This document shows, piece after piece, positions 1 to 35,699 of a DNA stretch of 64,000 nt. How positions within the stretch are numbered: position 1 is the stretch's first letter; every line of letters starts with the position of its first letter. The notes under the pieces are model-generated. The model saw only the letters and a list, made by a program, of their open reading frames with translations, was not told the DNA's origin and searched no databases. The translations under genes were made by a program, and so were the position numbers. This DNA is from Amoebidium appalachense. Lineage: Eukaryota > Protista > Ichthyosporea. The stretch covers positions 491,861-555,860 of the forward strand of contig CAVNZM010000018.1 of assembly GCA_963693365.1 (NCBI GenBank), in the 5' to 3' direction.

Positions 1-507
1 ATGAAGTACGAAAAAGGTACAGCGAGAACACTATACTGCAGGATAATGGATGTCATTATAAAGCGAACAAATTCTGGAACGTTGAAGTGCCCGTAAGCAA
101 AAAGACGGACGAAAGGGGCGGGCGGGGTGGGGGGGGGGGGGGGAGGGGGGGGGGGGGGGGAGGGGAAGTCATGCACAGTTCCTGAATTTCTGCCCTTCAC
201 GTCGTAGGGAGTGAAGGGTAAGGGGAGGGATGGGGAGGTAAGAAACCGAAAGGTACAGTGTGCGTGTGTTTGGTTAGGGCTGCGGGTGTGCGGGTTGTGT
301 GCGTATGTTTGTGTGTGTGCGCGTTGTTCGAATACATGTCTGTGTGTGTGCCTTGTGTCTATGTGTGTGTGTGTGTGGTCATGGTGTTTCCTTGTTTGTG
401 TGCACACTGTGTGAACGTCGTGCGAATGTGTTGCGCGTTCGTGTGTGTGCATGTATATATACGTTCATGTGTGTGTGTATGTATTCGTGTGTCTGTTTTA
501 ATCACCC

Positions 508-7286
<6,779 letters not shown>

Positions 7287-7802
7287 CGTGTGTTTACTTT
7301 AAATTTACACAAGTTCAAGGCACTACTTGGTCATAAACTGTACTGGCAGAAAGGAATATTCCTGGAGATGTTGTGGGAACGCCCGCCCCCCCCCAAAAAA
7401 AGAAAATCGCAAACAAAAAATAATCGCACGCTAAACACCAAGTGGCCCGAACTGAGCTTGGTCCCGGCAGGCAGCCATCGTTTTCCCTCCTGAGAAGGCT
7501 TTGGTTTTCGTTTTCAAGTATTCTTGCATCGTGACTCTTCGAATCGATGAGTATGTTCGTACCATTGGATGAGCCACCGGCCCTTGAAATGCTAATTACG
7601 TAATTATTTAAGAGCTTTATTTGGTGAGCCGTGCACGATTATGATTGGCTATAGCTGTTTCTGAGAGGGGTAACGATATCCCATTGCGCAGGCATCACGA
7701 ACATATTCGACTTCGAAGTAACACATATGCCACAAAAAAAAAAGAAGTAAAAAGCAATGCAAGTTCTAATGCATGTTTAAGCTAATAGACATACCCACAA
7801 GA

Positions 7803-8505
7803 TCAAAAAAGACCGTTGTATGCGATGTAGTGCATTCCCTGCAGAAATGCATCTGCCAGATCGTCCTTCTTGTCATTGTTTGACTTGAAGCAGTCGGCCC
7901 AAGAGCCCCATACTTCCCCATAGCGGTGCATCGCCAGCCGGCTGCTGCTGAAAACGCTCGAGAAGGGCAATTATTTGCTGGACTGCCGCCCTCTTTTTGG
8001 CAGTATATAAGGAGGATTTTGAACCATGAGCAGGAATCACAACTTCTGGCAGTCCAAAAACAGCGTGCCCCAATTGAAGCTTGCACTTGGCCGAGATGAA
8101 GCCGGTAGAAGGTAGCCCCGGTGGGCCCCAAAGAACACGTGCACGCGTCTCGAAAAATGCTTGGACAACGTGTGCTAGCGCAATCATCCGCCCATCCAGT
8201 TGCAGCTCGATAATAACCACATGCACAGCCTGTGGATGTGCCGCTTGCAAATCATGCAGTTGGCGAACAAGGTTGCTGGTGAGAAGTTTGCTCTTGTCTT
8301 TGTTGCCCCCAATCGAAATTGTACGCCAGTCTATAATATGAACCCCATTGCGAAGGGTGGGAACGGTTGCCGGCACTGAATCCTTCGGGTTTAGAATTTC
8401 ACCATTGTCGTTGGGTAGGCGTGCCACATCCGATGCCACTTCGAACAGTCAGACAGCCATGTTCGCAACTCCAATGTCGAACGAGGCAATGCGAAGGTTG
8501 ATCAT
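7803..8505 (-). pseudogene. RuvC-fold Holliday junction resolvase, NCLDV/poxvirus A22-like (Ydc2/Cce1 relative), disrupted
   Basis: ATG at 8505 gives MINLRIASFDIGVANMAV*LF..., then VVIIELQ...MIALAHVVQAFF...FISAKCKL...YTAKKRAAV. After a frameshift near 7915-7940 it reads WADCFKSNNDKKDDLADAFLQGMHY to TGA at 7803. The D...E...DxxD catalytic pattern is present, with no introns and an in-frame TGA at 8449-8451. Confidence 0.8.
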
Positions 8506-9464
8506 TTTTATTTTGGGTCTTTTGGCCGTTGAACGTATACTTATATACGTGGGGATGACTCACTTGCTCGCCCAAGTAAGTGGTGCAAAATTGTTGTGCG
8601 CAAAGGTTTTTTGTAGCGTCTTGCGCCAATGCGGCGAAATCACAGAATTTCTCGCTGATGATATTGTCTTAGTCACTCACGATCCTTCTATCATGAATAA
8701 CATGCCTTCTCGAGTAGATGACTGGTGTTTCCGAAATTTCATGAAAATTGGGATAGATAAATGCGGCACCTTTTCTTCCAAGGCACAGTACACTCTGAAC
8801 AATCAACCTATCCCAATCGTGTCCTCCTATGACTATTTAGGTATTCCTTTCACCTCTAGTGCTAAGGGTATCTGGTTTGAGCGCCTTTTGACTTCGCGCA
8901 TTTCTCGTGCGCGTGGTCGCTTACATATCTATCAAGGAATTTTCGCAAATATCTCTAATATTCATCCTGCCAATTTGCTCACTCTTTATAAAGTTTTTCT
9001 TCGTCCATGTTTCGAATATGGCCTCCCGTTACTCTTGTGTGCCCCTCCACGCCACCGGAGGTACGGCTAGATCATAGTGTGAATATGAATAGTTTCAAGT
9101 CTATGGCTGATAGATATCTTTTTACTCTACGTGTTGAGCCCCTTCCGGTGTTAGGACCGCAAAAACACCAACTACTAGTAGCCTATATGGCGGATACGGT
9201 TAGAGAGTCTCGTTCATACATAGATTCGTTTATTCGTAATGTGGTGTGGTGTAAAAACGCAAAGATGATTATGGCTTGGCGGTGTAATCGGTTTCTGGTG
9301 TCTCCTGCTCGTATGTGTAATATGTGTGGGGGGCGGTTTACTCGCGGCTGCATATCTATCAATAAGTGCAACCTGTTAGCTAACGTATTAGAACCGGAGG
9401 TTATTGGCGGTTTTATTCTCTTTTCTTCCTCTCTTCCTCAATATATCCGTTTTAAGATGACTAT

Positions 9465-10069
9465 TGTCATGTGCTGAGCTGATTCGTATTAGTTTACTTC
9501 TATATTTTGTGTTTTGGTGAGTTAATTTCGGGGGTTTTCTTGCATAGTGATGCCGGGGTCTAAATGGGGTATGAGGAGATTAATCAGTGGTATGGGGAGA
9601 ATCTGATGCAGCGGCGGCTGATTGTTTGGTGCGCGCGTGCATGCCCCATGCCTCTGCGTACTCTCCATGTTAAATGTTGTATTGCTTCTTGCTGTGTGCG
9701 TGGCGAGACCCATGTTGCCTGCTCGCGTGTGTGTATGCTTATATGTATTGTGAGTAAACGTGTGTACGTGTTGTAGTGCTGTAGGGGTGTCTGAGGTCGC
9801 GGTAGCCAATGGTGTGGAGTGCGTGTAGTCTGTGGGGGAGGGAGTGTTGTGATTGGCTGAATGTCACTGTGGTATTTGTCTGGCCAGTGGGCCGCGTGTC
9901 TGTGAAGTGTCTCGCGGGGTCGCGGGCTTTTGGAAGTTCTTCTCAGAACACAAGAAACTCGCTTCCCACCCAACTCAAAGAAAAGTTTATACGTATACAC
10001 GGTTTCGAGCCCCTTTAAGCGTGCAGATAGTTAGAGTAGTTCATATACACTCTGTTTGTAGCCACGACA
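9465..10069 (+). repeat. 5' LTR
   Basis: Direct repeat of 11554-12158 (offset 2089, confirmed by duplicated ORFs in the track). Confidence 0.92.
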
Positions 10070-11553
10070 AGCTACACCCCCTTTCTCTGCAGTTTTTTGC
10101 AGGGAGGGGGCACACGCACTGTTAGTCCTTCTGGGCTGTTGCTTTCACCCCTAGTTTTTTTTTTCTTTCACGCCTAGCGGTTATGAGTGGCTTTGACTTA
10201 GGACTTTTTCGACAGTTAGAGGTAGAAGAAACATACGCACACACAGGCCTACAGCTAGCAACAGTTGGCATAGGCAACTTGAGCAGTAGGACTAGTATCA
10301 CAGGGGACTTAGTCCTCGCTAAGGACCTTGACCTCCCTAGGTGACTTAGCAAGCTCAGGGCCGTTTGCCCAGCAGAGGCCTCAGAGGGGACCGGCGGCAG
10401 TCACCCTCCCCACGGCGCTACCAGCCCTACCAGCCACGGCCACAACGGGATAACAGATGGGCCAGGCTGGCGTCTTTGGGGCGGGACAGCAAGAGCCGGC
10501 GCCAGGCTCTTTCCCAGGCACCTGTGACAACTGCAAGGAGCGGGGGCAACGCGTGGTGTAAACAGCCCCGTCGTGGGGGGCAGGGACGTCGGTGACCGTG
10601 TTGCTGGTATGAAGGTTTTATTAGGGGGTAGGCCATCTCTTGGGTTGTTGTTGTTGTAATACTATGGGAGTAACTGTTGTGTGGTGTTATTTTTCGGCGA
10701 GTTTTCTACTGGTGCCTGGCGTTTTCGACGTGTGTATGAGTCCTGTGTTGGCGACGTGTGTGGTTAGGGTCAGTGGAATAGAAAGTCCTGCTGCTGTCTG
10801 GGAGCTCGGCCCTCTGACGAGGGGGCTGGGGGGGGGTCGAAGTGTAGTCATGGCAGTGGCAGGCCCCCACTGTTGTGAACCCCCGTCGTCAAAGGGCCTG
10901 GTGCTGAGGCCCCTTGGAGTGGCTGCCCTGGGCCTGGTGTTGAGGCCCTTTGGAGTGGCTGCCCGTAGTGTTGTTGAGTAGTGTTGTGGTGCCCAGTGCA
11001 GCAGTAGGCCTTAGACACACCGCTGGGTAGGGCACGGTTGGGGCGGAGGCATTCCCAAACCACCGGGACCTACGTAGTAGGAGTCTTTGTCGGGTAGAGG
11101 AATGGCCAGCAAGAGAGTCTGGAGGTGTACGTCACATGAGTCTGGAGGTGTTCGTCACGGCATGTTTGGTTGTGTTAGGAATTCTTTGGGGATGGGGCAT
11201 GCTGAGTGTGGTTGTATGGATGGTGTCTGTTATCATGTCTGTTGCTATGTTCCACTCGTTATAACATTGTGCCAGGGGCATGGGGTTTTGGGTGCAGATT
11301 GTGGACGGGGGCAGAGGTGCATCTACAGGGCAACGTCAGTGGCGGTTCATAATTATCCTTGTTTTGGGGTTGGGTTGGGTATTAACCATGGTGGGGTGGT
11401 GTGTGGATGTATGTATATGTTTTATGTTATATGTTAAATGTTGCTTCCTGCATGGGTAGCGGTAGTTGTAGTCGCTCAGCACATAACTTTATTTTGTTTT
11501 TAGGTAGTTTTTACTGAGGTGGAACTCAGTTATTTTCTGTGCGAGGGGGGAGT

Positions 11554-12158
11554 TGTCATGTGCTGAGCTGATTCGTATTAGTTTACTTCTATATTTTGTG
11601 TTTTGGTGAGTTAATTTCGGGGGTTTTCTTGCATAGTGATGCCGGGGTCTAAATGGGGTATGAGGAGATTAATCAGTGGTATGGGGAGAATCTGATGCAG
11701 CGGCGGCTGATTGTTTGGTGCGCGCGTGCATGCCCCATGCCTCTGCGTACTCTCCATGTTAAATGTTGTATTGCTTCTTGCTGTGTGCGTGGCGAGACCC
11801 ATGTTGCCTGCTCGCGTGTGTGTATGCTTATATGTATTGTGAGTAAACGTGTGTACGTGTTGTAGTGCTGTAGGGGTGTCTGAGGTCGCGGTAGCCAATG
11901 GTGTGGAGTGCGTGTAGTCTGTGGGGGAGGGAGTGTTGTGATTGGCTGAATGTCACTGTGGTATTTGTCTGGCCAGTGGGCCGCGTGTCTGTGAAGTGTC
12001 TCGCGGGGTCGCGGGCTTTTGGAAGTTCTTCTCAGAACACAAGAAACTCGCTTCCCACCCAACTCAAAGAAAAGTTTATACGTATACACGGTTTCGAGCC
12101 CCTTTAAGCGTGCAGATAGTTAGAGTAGTTCATATACACTCTGTTTGTTGCCACGACA
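11554..12158 (+). repeat. 3' LTR
   Basis: Preceded by the PPT and followed by the TSD ACTAT. One visible difference from the 5' LTR near the end (TGTAGCC vs TGTTGCC). Confidence 0.92.
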
Positions 12159-12489
12159 ACTATCCTAGATCACCTTATTAATGCTGCACAGTATGATATT
12201 GTGATCCGGTGCCTTAACTTTCTTTCGGAGCGACCGATGCTAGCCTCTGCTTACCCATAATATGTAATAGGGGTGTCATATACTACGATGGCGCTCATTG
12301 TTGCCTAGCATGTACATATGTCACTGGCTGCATTTGATTGGCTGCGCTGGAAAACGCAGTAGGCCGTCGAATGTGGCTGGGCCTCCGGCAGTGTCCACGC
12401 AATAAAAAGTGTGTAAACCCCTCCACGGCAACAGTGCGCGGCTGTTCGGGAATTCGATTCCTTTCAGCGTGAATTCATCAGTTTATTTC

Positions 12490-13258
12490 TCGAACCTCGC
12501 GTAGGCATCCTTTGGCGGCTTCCTTGCTGAGTGTTTTTGGTCTCCCTCCGGCGCGCCAGCGTATGAATGAATTAGGACTCCGCTTTTGTTTTCATTTGCC
12601 AGTGGTTAGGCTTCCTTCTTATCATCCTTTGTTGCAATTCTTTCCTTCTTTAGCACCTGTTCCCGGCATTTCTAATGTTCGTGGGAAATGTCCTATCCCC
12701 AATCGCTCTCCCATTCCGAGATATCCTTTTAAATACTTATCTCCTTTATTTTTCTCTTCTACTAGTTATCATAAGCAGTATGTTACTTGGTTTCATACTC
12801 AATATCCTTTGCTTCATCGTTGTGATAAGAGTATCATGGTAGGGCTCTTGAGCCTGTGCTTCTTTTTATATTAGAGACTTGTCTATTTTCTTTACAATCG
12901 TTGTGTAAGTTAGCTACTTATATTTATCCTTCCTCTCGTAAACCTACCACACTTACCGATTTTGCAATTCTAACCCCTCCTTGTGATATAGCTTGAAAAT
13001 GTTTGTTTAAAATTTGGCGCTGTAACCTTTGTTTCCATAAATGTTTGTGCCACTTTTGTGCAGAACCTTTTTCTCGTAAACACTTAGATAGATGTATTTA
13101 TTTATCTCAGATTATTCCGTTAGAAATTAGAAGACTGGCTTATTTAGATAATCCCGATATTACGTCTCAGTGGCTATCTGTTGAACCACGGTATGTTTAA
13201 CGAGTTTTCTAGGGTGTATGATTATTTAAGTCATTATCTCCTCCGTATCCGAGAGTGA
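12490..13258 (+). mobile_element. Decayed 3' fragment of the same non-LTR retrotransposon family
   Basis: SLLSVFGLPPARQRMNELGLRFCFHL...YHPLL aligns by eye with TLSIYGLVPIAARVSYLALKFNKHI...SHPLF of the 34467 ORF. Also IWRCNLCF..CHFCAEPFSRKHLDRC. Stops and frameshifts are present. Confidence 0.7.
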
Positions 13259-15339
13259 GGGCTTTTATTTTTCTTCTCCGAAATATCGCTGATATCTCGA
13301 TGGCTTCTATTTTGCTGAGCATATCAATAAAGTCATTATATAAAAAAAATTTCTCGATCAAATTGAAACGTTTGCATAAGCCTTCTATTTGTGAAATTTT
13401 CTGGGGCTCAAGGACATGACTTTTTAAACTGCCTGACATTCATCTAATAGTTCACACGATGACGTCATTGCATTGAAGCAAAATGGTTATACATAACACA
13501 AAACATCTTTGATTCGTCAAATGCAAACTTTTGTGATTGGCCAAAACAACAGCAAACCAACAGCAAACATTGTTAGCTGCGTTGCTTCAAGGTTACTGAT
13601 AACAGTACCTGCACATATCGCTTTCACGAAACTAATACGCACCCCGGAATATTTTTATTGGATAAGCGGTCCGAAAAGCCGGTCGGATTGGGTCGAAAAA
13701 TAGACCAAGTGATTTAAGTGGGTAAAAATCAGGAGTTTGAAACGCCGATTTTTGGGAAAAAATTAGACAGTACCTGCACATATGCCTCCACCGAATTTTT
13801 CCCAATTACAAGATGGTGGAGGGACGGAATATCCGTCGATAAGATAAAGGGGTGTGCCGCGTATAAGATGTGTGCGCAAAAATACCTACCAGTCCGGTAG
13901 TTTGTCTGTATTTTTTGTTTTTTTCTCAGAGGGAAAAACATCCACCCTCAAAGAAATACCACGAAAAGTGAAGAGCCGTAGAAGTGGTTTACGTGTTTTA
14001 TACAGATTTGGAAAGCGATGATTGGATGTTATATCTAACTGTGATATGTAACCAATGGGAATAATGGTAGTAATTCCTGGGATATAACTAATACAGTATT
14101 TGGAAACAACTGTGAGATTTGAAAAGGGAATTATTAGCTTCATTGTGTAAACCAATACTACAGGAACGTCTGCTATTTCTTTTTTTACGCTACGGAGGCA
14201 GTACCTTCAAAAATGTATACGCAACAAATTGAGATCATATGATGGGAGCTAATCAAAATATTTCGTGCACAAACGTTTTAGCCATTTGTGATAGATGGCG
14301 AATGGGAGGTTACACCAAGTTTTCAATGAAATGACGAAGAAGGTAAAAGAGCAGAATAATTACGGATGTTGATGCAGAATACGACAATAAACCTTTTGTG
14401 GTATATAGTGGTAACAAAAGGCTGTTTATATACATATTATTTCCAGTATTTAGGCTTCTTCAGAATCATAGTAGTGCAGTTCGTAGCCAATCCAAATATT
14501 CAGCCTCTGGACGGTTGTGCCGAAATTTCAAGTTCTTTTAGATATGCCTGGAAATTGATTTCTCCTAGTTTGAATGAGAGCGAATCAAGAGACATACTGT
14601 GATAGTCTCCAGTTGGAATTTCGCACGAATAAATCGAGTGCCGCATTGCCGGGACCTGCCACATATGGAAACAGTCTTTTTTCGGGGTTCTGAATAATTT
14701 TGATCCGCTTGCCGGCGATCGCGACCAGGCTATGAGGAGTCGCTCTCCGATCTCCAGATCTGCCGCGGCCGGCCCGGCCCCCCGGGGAAAGTTTACGCGC
14801 TCAATGGCACTGTTGGTATTATTTTCAGTCTCTGTTTCTTCTCGCTATCTCCAGCTCGTACAGACTCTATTGCCCGGCTGTGCCCGGCGGCCGGCCGGGC
14901 CGGCCGGCCATCTATCATCTATAGGGACCAGACGCGTACCGCTGCTGCCCGCAGCCCTACAAAAAAATAGATACAATAGATACAAATCCTTTACTTACAC
15001 TAACATATATTATGTATTTACGGTTTTTATTCGACTGAACCTTTATAATGGTATGAACTTTATTTTAAAGGGTACTCTATATGCTATCTTTTCTGGTTTA
15101 CAGCGGCGCAAAAAAACTTGAGGCAGCCTTGCTAATGACAGCGGCGCTGGCCGCATGTGATTCTACCGGGCCTTAACGTGCGCTCATGACATTTAAGTTT
15201 AACGATCGTTAATCAAGATATCGAACCATTCAAAACTTTCGTTACGTTTAAATCATTAGTGGAAACTTCTTGGATTGGCTATTCTGTTTAAAATGACAAT
15301 AGTGAAGGTGACCCTATGGGCATGTGGGTTTATATGCTA

Positions 15340-15562
15340 TTTACTTGCGGTACAGAGACCAGTCTCAGAAATATATCCCCTCAGCGTTATATATATCAGG
15401 TACATGGACATCGGGGTTTGTTTGTATATCACATTTAACAGTTTCTTCGCCTATTGTACTACGATATAAACCAAAAAGATCATAAATTAGTTGGTTTTCC
15501 AACAACGTTTTCTTTTCTTTTTCCTTTTCGTTTAAAAGGTTCCCTGGAACGCGGTGTCACCT
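15340..15562 (-). pseudogene. Diverged homolog of 34150-34395 (possible KDZ-like transposase remnant)
   Basis: Shared collinear blocks AGAGA(A)CCAGTCTCAG, ATATCCCCTCAGCG, AATTAGTTGG, TTAAA.GG..CCC, followed by (GT)n in both copies. Confidence 0.4.
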
Positions 15563-15941
15563 GGTGTGTGTGTGTGTCTGTGTGTGCATGCACGCGCCTG
15601 TGTGCATGTGCGTGTGTTAAAGTTTCGTGGTTGTAAACTTCTCCAGCCAAAACACACGATAATTCCGGGAGGGAGAAAAAAAAACAAAAAAACAAAACAA
15701 AAAAAAAACACTACTTTGCAAATATGCCGGGTTGGCACCTGCACAAACCACCATTGTATTGTTAGGTCATTCATACACTTATACACACGAAAGTCTTTAT
15801 GGCTATTGAGAATCGAGTGCACTGATTGGTTCTTGCCATATGTATGATGTCCATTTTTGAGGGAGTCGCCATACAAGGACAATTTCCATGCATACTATTG
15901 AGACATGCCAGTGTACACGCGAAAGACTACTAGCCATGCAT

Positions 15942-32154
<16,213 letters not shown>

Positions 32155-32437
32155 GGAAACGTTCCACCCTTAGGCTACCTGCAGAGTAATTTAGCAGTGG
32201 CTAGACAAACTAACAAATCATCGACTTGATGCGCCGTTTACTAAAGGCCTGCGTGCTTCTCCCCAAGTGTATGTTTTTGCGTTTGCGTTCAGCATCCCAG
32301 GGTGAGCAAAGCAGTCACAAATCTGAAGGGCGACGGCTCACGGGATATTTCAAGCCCCGGTAAAACCCTGGCAAGTTGCCCGCCCCCTCCCGACCCCGCC
32401 CCCCCTGCCCCCCAATGTCGCGATCTTCGGCCCTCTC

Positions 32438-32621
<184 letters not shown>

Positions 32622-32665
32622 TTATCGCTGGTACAAATTATGTGGTGCTAGAGTTTATTGGGGGG

Positions 32666-32760
32666 GGGGGGGATTGTGCTGTTTATTATCGACATACAGG
32701 CTTGAGGTCGTGATAAGATGCCGGCACCAAGGCAACAGGCACTCCACCCAACGGGTTACA
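32666..32760 (-). repeat. About 90-bp dispersed repeat, copy 2
   Basis: Reverse complement matches 17953-18049. Confidence 0.8.
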
Positions 32761-33069
32761 TGATATTCCGGGATAACATGCTAATATTTTGAACCGAGAT
32801 ATGAGCATACTAGTTTATTATTTCCCATTTCTATGGTCTTATTCAGCACTGCCGCCTTTGGCTCCCCATGGTACGCCGTGAATCCAGGAGACCTCAGTCT
32901 GTGATGCAGGTTTGGGGGATTGTCCTGTTTATTCAAGTTTCAGAGTCGTTCGCCTCAACACGGCTCACATACATGTCATTAATAAACAGCACACTCCCCG
33001 TTAGCGATTCTGGGAATCTGGGATTGGTTCTAGATCTGGGGAGCTCAATTTTCGCGACCAGATTTGTGC

Positions 33070-33104
<35 letters not shown>

Positions 33105-33386
33105 TCCCACCTCCCCCCCCCCCTCCCCCCTCCTCCCCCGTCCCCCCCCTTCCCCCCCCCTTCCCCCCAAACACACACACACACATACACACGCACACGC
33201 ACGCACACGCACAGACATGCACACCTTACAAAAAGAAACAAAAAGAGAAGTGAAAACGAATGAAAGGAAGAAAAACACAAAACAACTCTTTCCATGAAAA
33301 CTAATGAAAGGAAGAAAAACACAAAACGACTCTTTCCTACTCAAAACTTACAGTGTGTGTGTGTGTGTATGTGTGTGTTTACATGA

Positions 33387-33438
<52 letters not shown>

Positions 33439-33439
33439 A

Positions 33440-33516
<77 letters not shown>

Positions 33517-33564
33517 ACGAGCGTGTGTGTGTGTACGGCCACACGTGAATTGCGTGGCTGTACT

Positions 33565-34322
33565 CACAGAATACGCAGGGCACATGGAAGAGACGAATGT
33601 GGGTTGCTTTACTTTAAATCTTCAAAAGTTGGACGTCATTATTAAGAGGCCATCGCTGATGGTCTGTGTCTCATGGTAGACCATCTGGAACACCGCGATT
33701 TGCACATGCAGCCCAAGTCAGCAACTGCATGACCAGAAAAGTGTTGTTGCTTTCGTGTGTATGTGCTTGTACAGCACACACAGCAAGCAAACACGCACGC
33801 TTGCACGCACGCAAGCACGCAAACATACGCACACACGCACACACACAACATGCGCGCACATACTCCTCCACTCCCTCGACCATCACCTTGCCATATACTA
33901 TAGGATGGGTCAAAAGAGTTCCGGCACTATGAAAAAATTACCATGCCGTCGAAATGCAGAGCGCATTTATTCGCTGGGAGAGACTCCAAGCACAGGACTG
34001 TATTTCCACACTACAAACCGGTGCCAGTTGTCAAAGAAAGCTCAAGATACCTACCTACCACATGCACGTTTAGGCGACCGTATGCCATAGTATCATTTTT
34101 CTCAAAGCATTCGGAAGAAATCTCAGAGGGGTTTACGCTGTTTACTCGAGGCAAAGAGAACCAGTCTCAGGTATGGGGGGGGGGGTTTTGCTCGGAATAT
34201 CCCCTCAGCGGTATATCATGATCACGTACATAGATGTCGGGTGGTGACTATATATCAGGGTTTACTTTCTCTACGAGACACCATAAAGACTACAAGGAGA
34301 AATCAATTAGTTGGGGTTCCCC

Positions 34323-34363
<41 letters not shown>

Positions 34364-34395
34364 GGGCTCCCCTCGGGACACTCGGTATCAGCTGG
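33565..34395 (-). pseudogene. Highly decayed spliced transposase remnant, KDZ (Kyakuja-Dileera-Zisupton)-like
   Basis: Broken frames give, in order, ECP...FK(polyA), RRHGNFFIVPEL, HPIVYGKVM and VADLGC. This resembles the KDZ motif order CPxC-DGNF, CxHG, YP, YDxxC. Many stops. Confidence 0.35.
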
Positions 34396-34446
<51 letters not shown>

Positions 34447-34466
34447 TGTGTGTGTGCGCGCGTGCG

Positions 34467-35699
34467 CTATAATTTTGTAGTGATGTGTTTCTCAAGCCAA
34501 TCAATACATCTAATAAACAGGTCGTAGTTACGCGTGTTTAGTATAAAATCAAGGATGTTGTAATTTACAGGTAGGCTATCTTTCTGGGTGTCTGTTGTGA
34601 ATGTGACGTGTGTGTGTTGCGGTATTATGTGGTCTATCAAACTACATTTGGCGATACATGACCGGTTAAACTGGTGTGTGTGTGTGTTGTTTGGGCATGC
34701 AAATGATGCCACCTTATACTTATTAGATCTCCACTGTATAGCACGTGTACAGTAAAAGCGTGGTAATTGATCAATAATACCATCAGCTAGAGAAAGACCA
34801 GTTCTACAGGAAGGTAATATGTATTTAGGTGTTATACACTTGCGAGTGCCATATTTGGCAATATGGTTGAGGCGGTCAGTATATATAAAACGAGACATAA
34901 GGCTTAGTTTTTCAAGGTGTATGCTTTCATCGGGTCTAGTGTCGTTTGGTATCTTTTTCCATTTGTTATATTGCGTGATTATCTTGTGATTGTGTACATG
35001 TTTAATAAGTAAGTGGCAGTCCAAAGTCACACACACACTATTGCGGGGTTTATTTGTATTTGTGCCCAGGGGAGAAGGGGAGAGAGAGGGGAGGAAAGAG
35101 GGGAGAGGTGAGGAGGGGACAGGTCGGATAGAGAAGAGAGGGTGGGAGGGCAAATACTTCTTTAAGCGGCTTATGTGCTTATTGAATTTCAGCGCGAGAT
35201 AGGATACTCTAGCAGCTATTGGGACCAGACCATATATCGAGAGCGTTACAGGCCCAGGTTTACAACAGTTGTTAGATAGAAAGGAGGCAACTTCTGCTTC
35301 AAGGAAATTTGCCAAGGGTTTAAGCGCTCTAGTTCTCTCTTTCTTGATCCAAGCGGCGAGAAGGGGTAAACCATATTCACATGCCGGGAAGACAAAAGTG
35401 CGAATAAATGTAAGTCTAATAGAAGGATGGAGGGGTGTGTCTTTAAAAATATTAGCCGAGAAGAAAGCTAACCGCTTACGAGCCAACTCTACCCTCTTTT
35501 CGACCATATGGGGAAACATAACACCAACAGAATCAACCGGAACACCAAGATATTTGTATTCTGGAACTATAGGTACAGGTTTAGATGATAATGTAAATGT
35601 GTGTAAATTGTTAGCTATATCAGGTACAAGAACACCACATTTGTCTATGTTAAGGATCATAAGGTTTGCCTTGCACCACTCTGACACTACATCGAACAA
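34467..35699 (-). mobile_element. 5'-truncated non-LTR retrotransposon ORF (RT thumb region plus Cys-rich C-terminus), 410 aa open frame
   Basis: WCKANLMILNIDKCGVL...YKYLGVP...FIRTFVFPACEYGLPLL...QWRSN...CP...FNRSCIAKC...ILDFILN. It lacks the YADD motif and everything upstream of it. Confidence 0.88.

Larger units (their letters stand above)
9465..12158 (+). mobile_element. Non-autonomous LTR retrotransposon (2.7 kb), recent insertion
   Basis: Two 605-bp near-identical LTRs with TG...CA ends (TGTCATG / CACGACA). 5-bp TSD ACTAT at 9460-9464 and 12159-12163. Polypurine tract GAGGGGGGAG at about 11543-11552. Degenerate Gag zinc knuckle FPGTCDNCKERGQ at about 10510-10550. No pol gene. Confidence 0.92.
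8645..12260 (+). mobile_element. 5'-truncated non-LTR retrotransposon (RT C-terminal half plus Cys-rich tail), split by an LTR element
   Basis: FLADDIVL...IDKCG...YDYLGIP...YKVFLRPCFEYGLPLL, then AWRCNRF..CNMCGGRFTRGC. The reading frame resumes after the LTR insertion as ILDHLINAAQYDIVIRCLNFL, matching the C-terminus of the 34467-35699 ORF. Confidence 0.85.

Noticed and set aside
8348-8644. N-terminal part of the 240-aa plus-strand ORF as part of the RT
   Set aside because: It is the antisense of the resolvase 5' end and its upstream region. RT similarity begins only at FLADD.
12440-12495. CTGATGA on the minus strand as a hammerhead ribozyme core upstream of an RT fragment
   Set aside because: Could not build stems I-III with a correctly placed GAAA and cleavage triplet.
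14283-14360. FVIDGEW resembling an AMPK-beta/CBM48 carbohydrate-binding motif
   Set aside because: Seven-residue match surrounded by stops; insufficient evidence.
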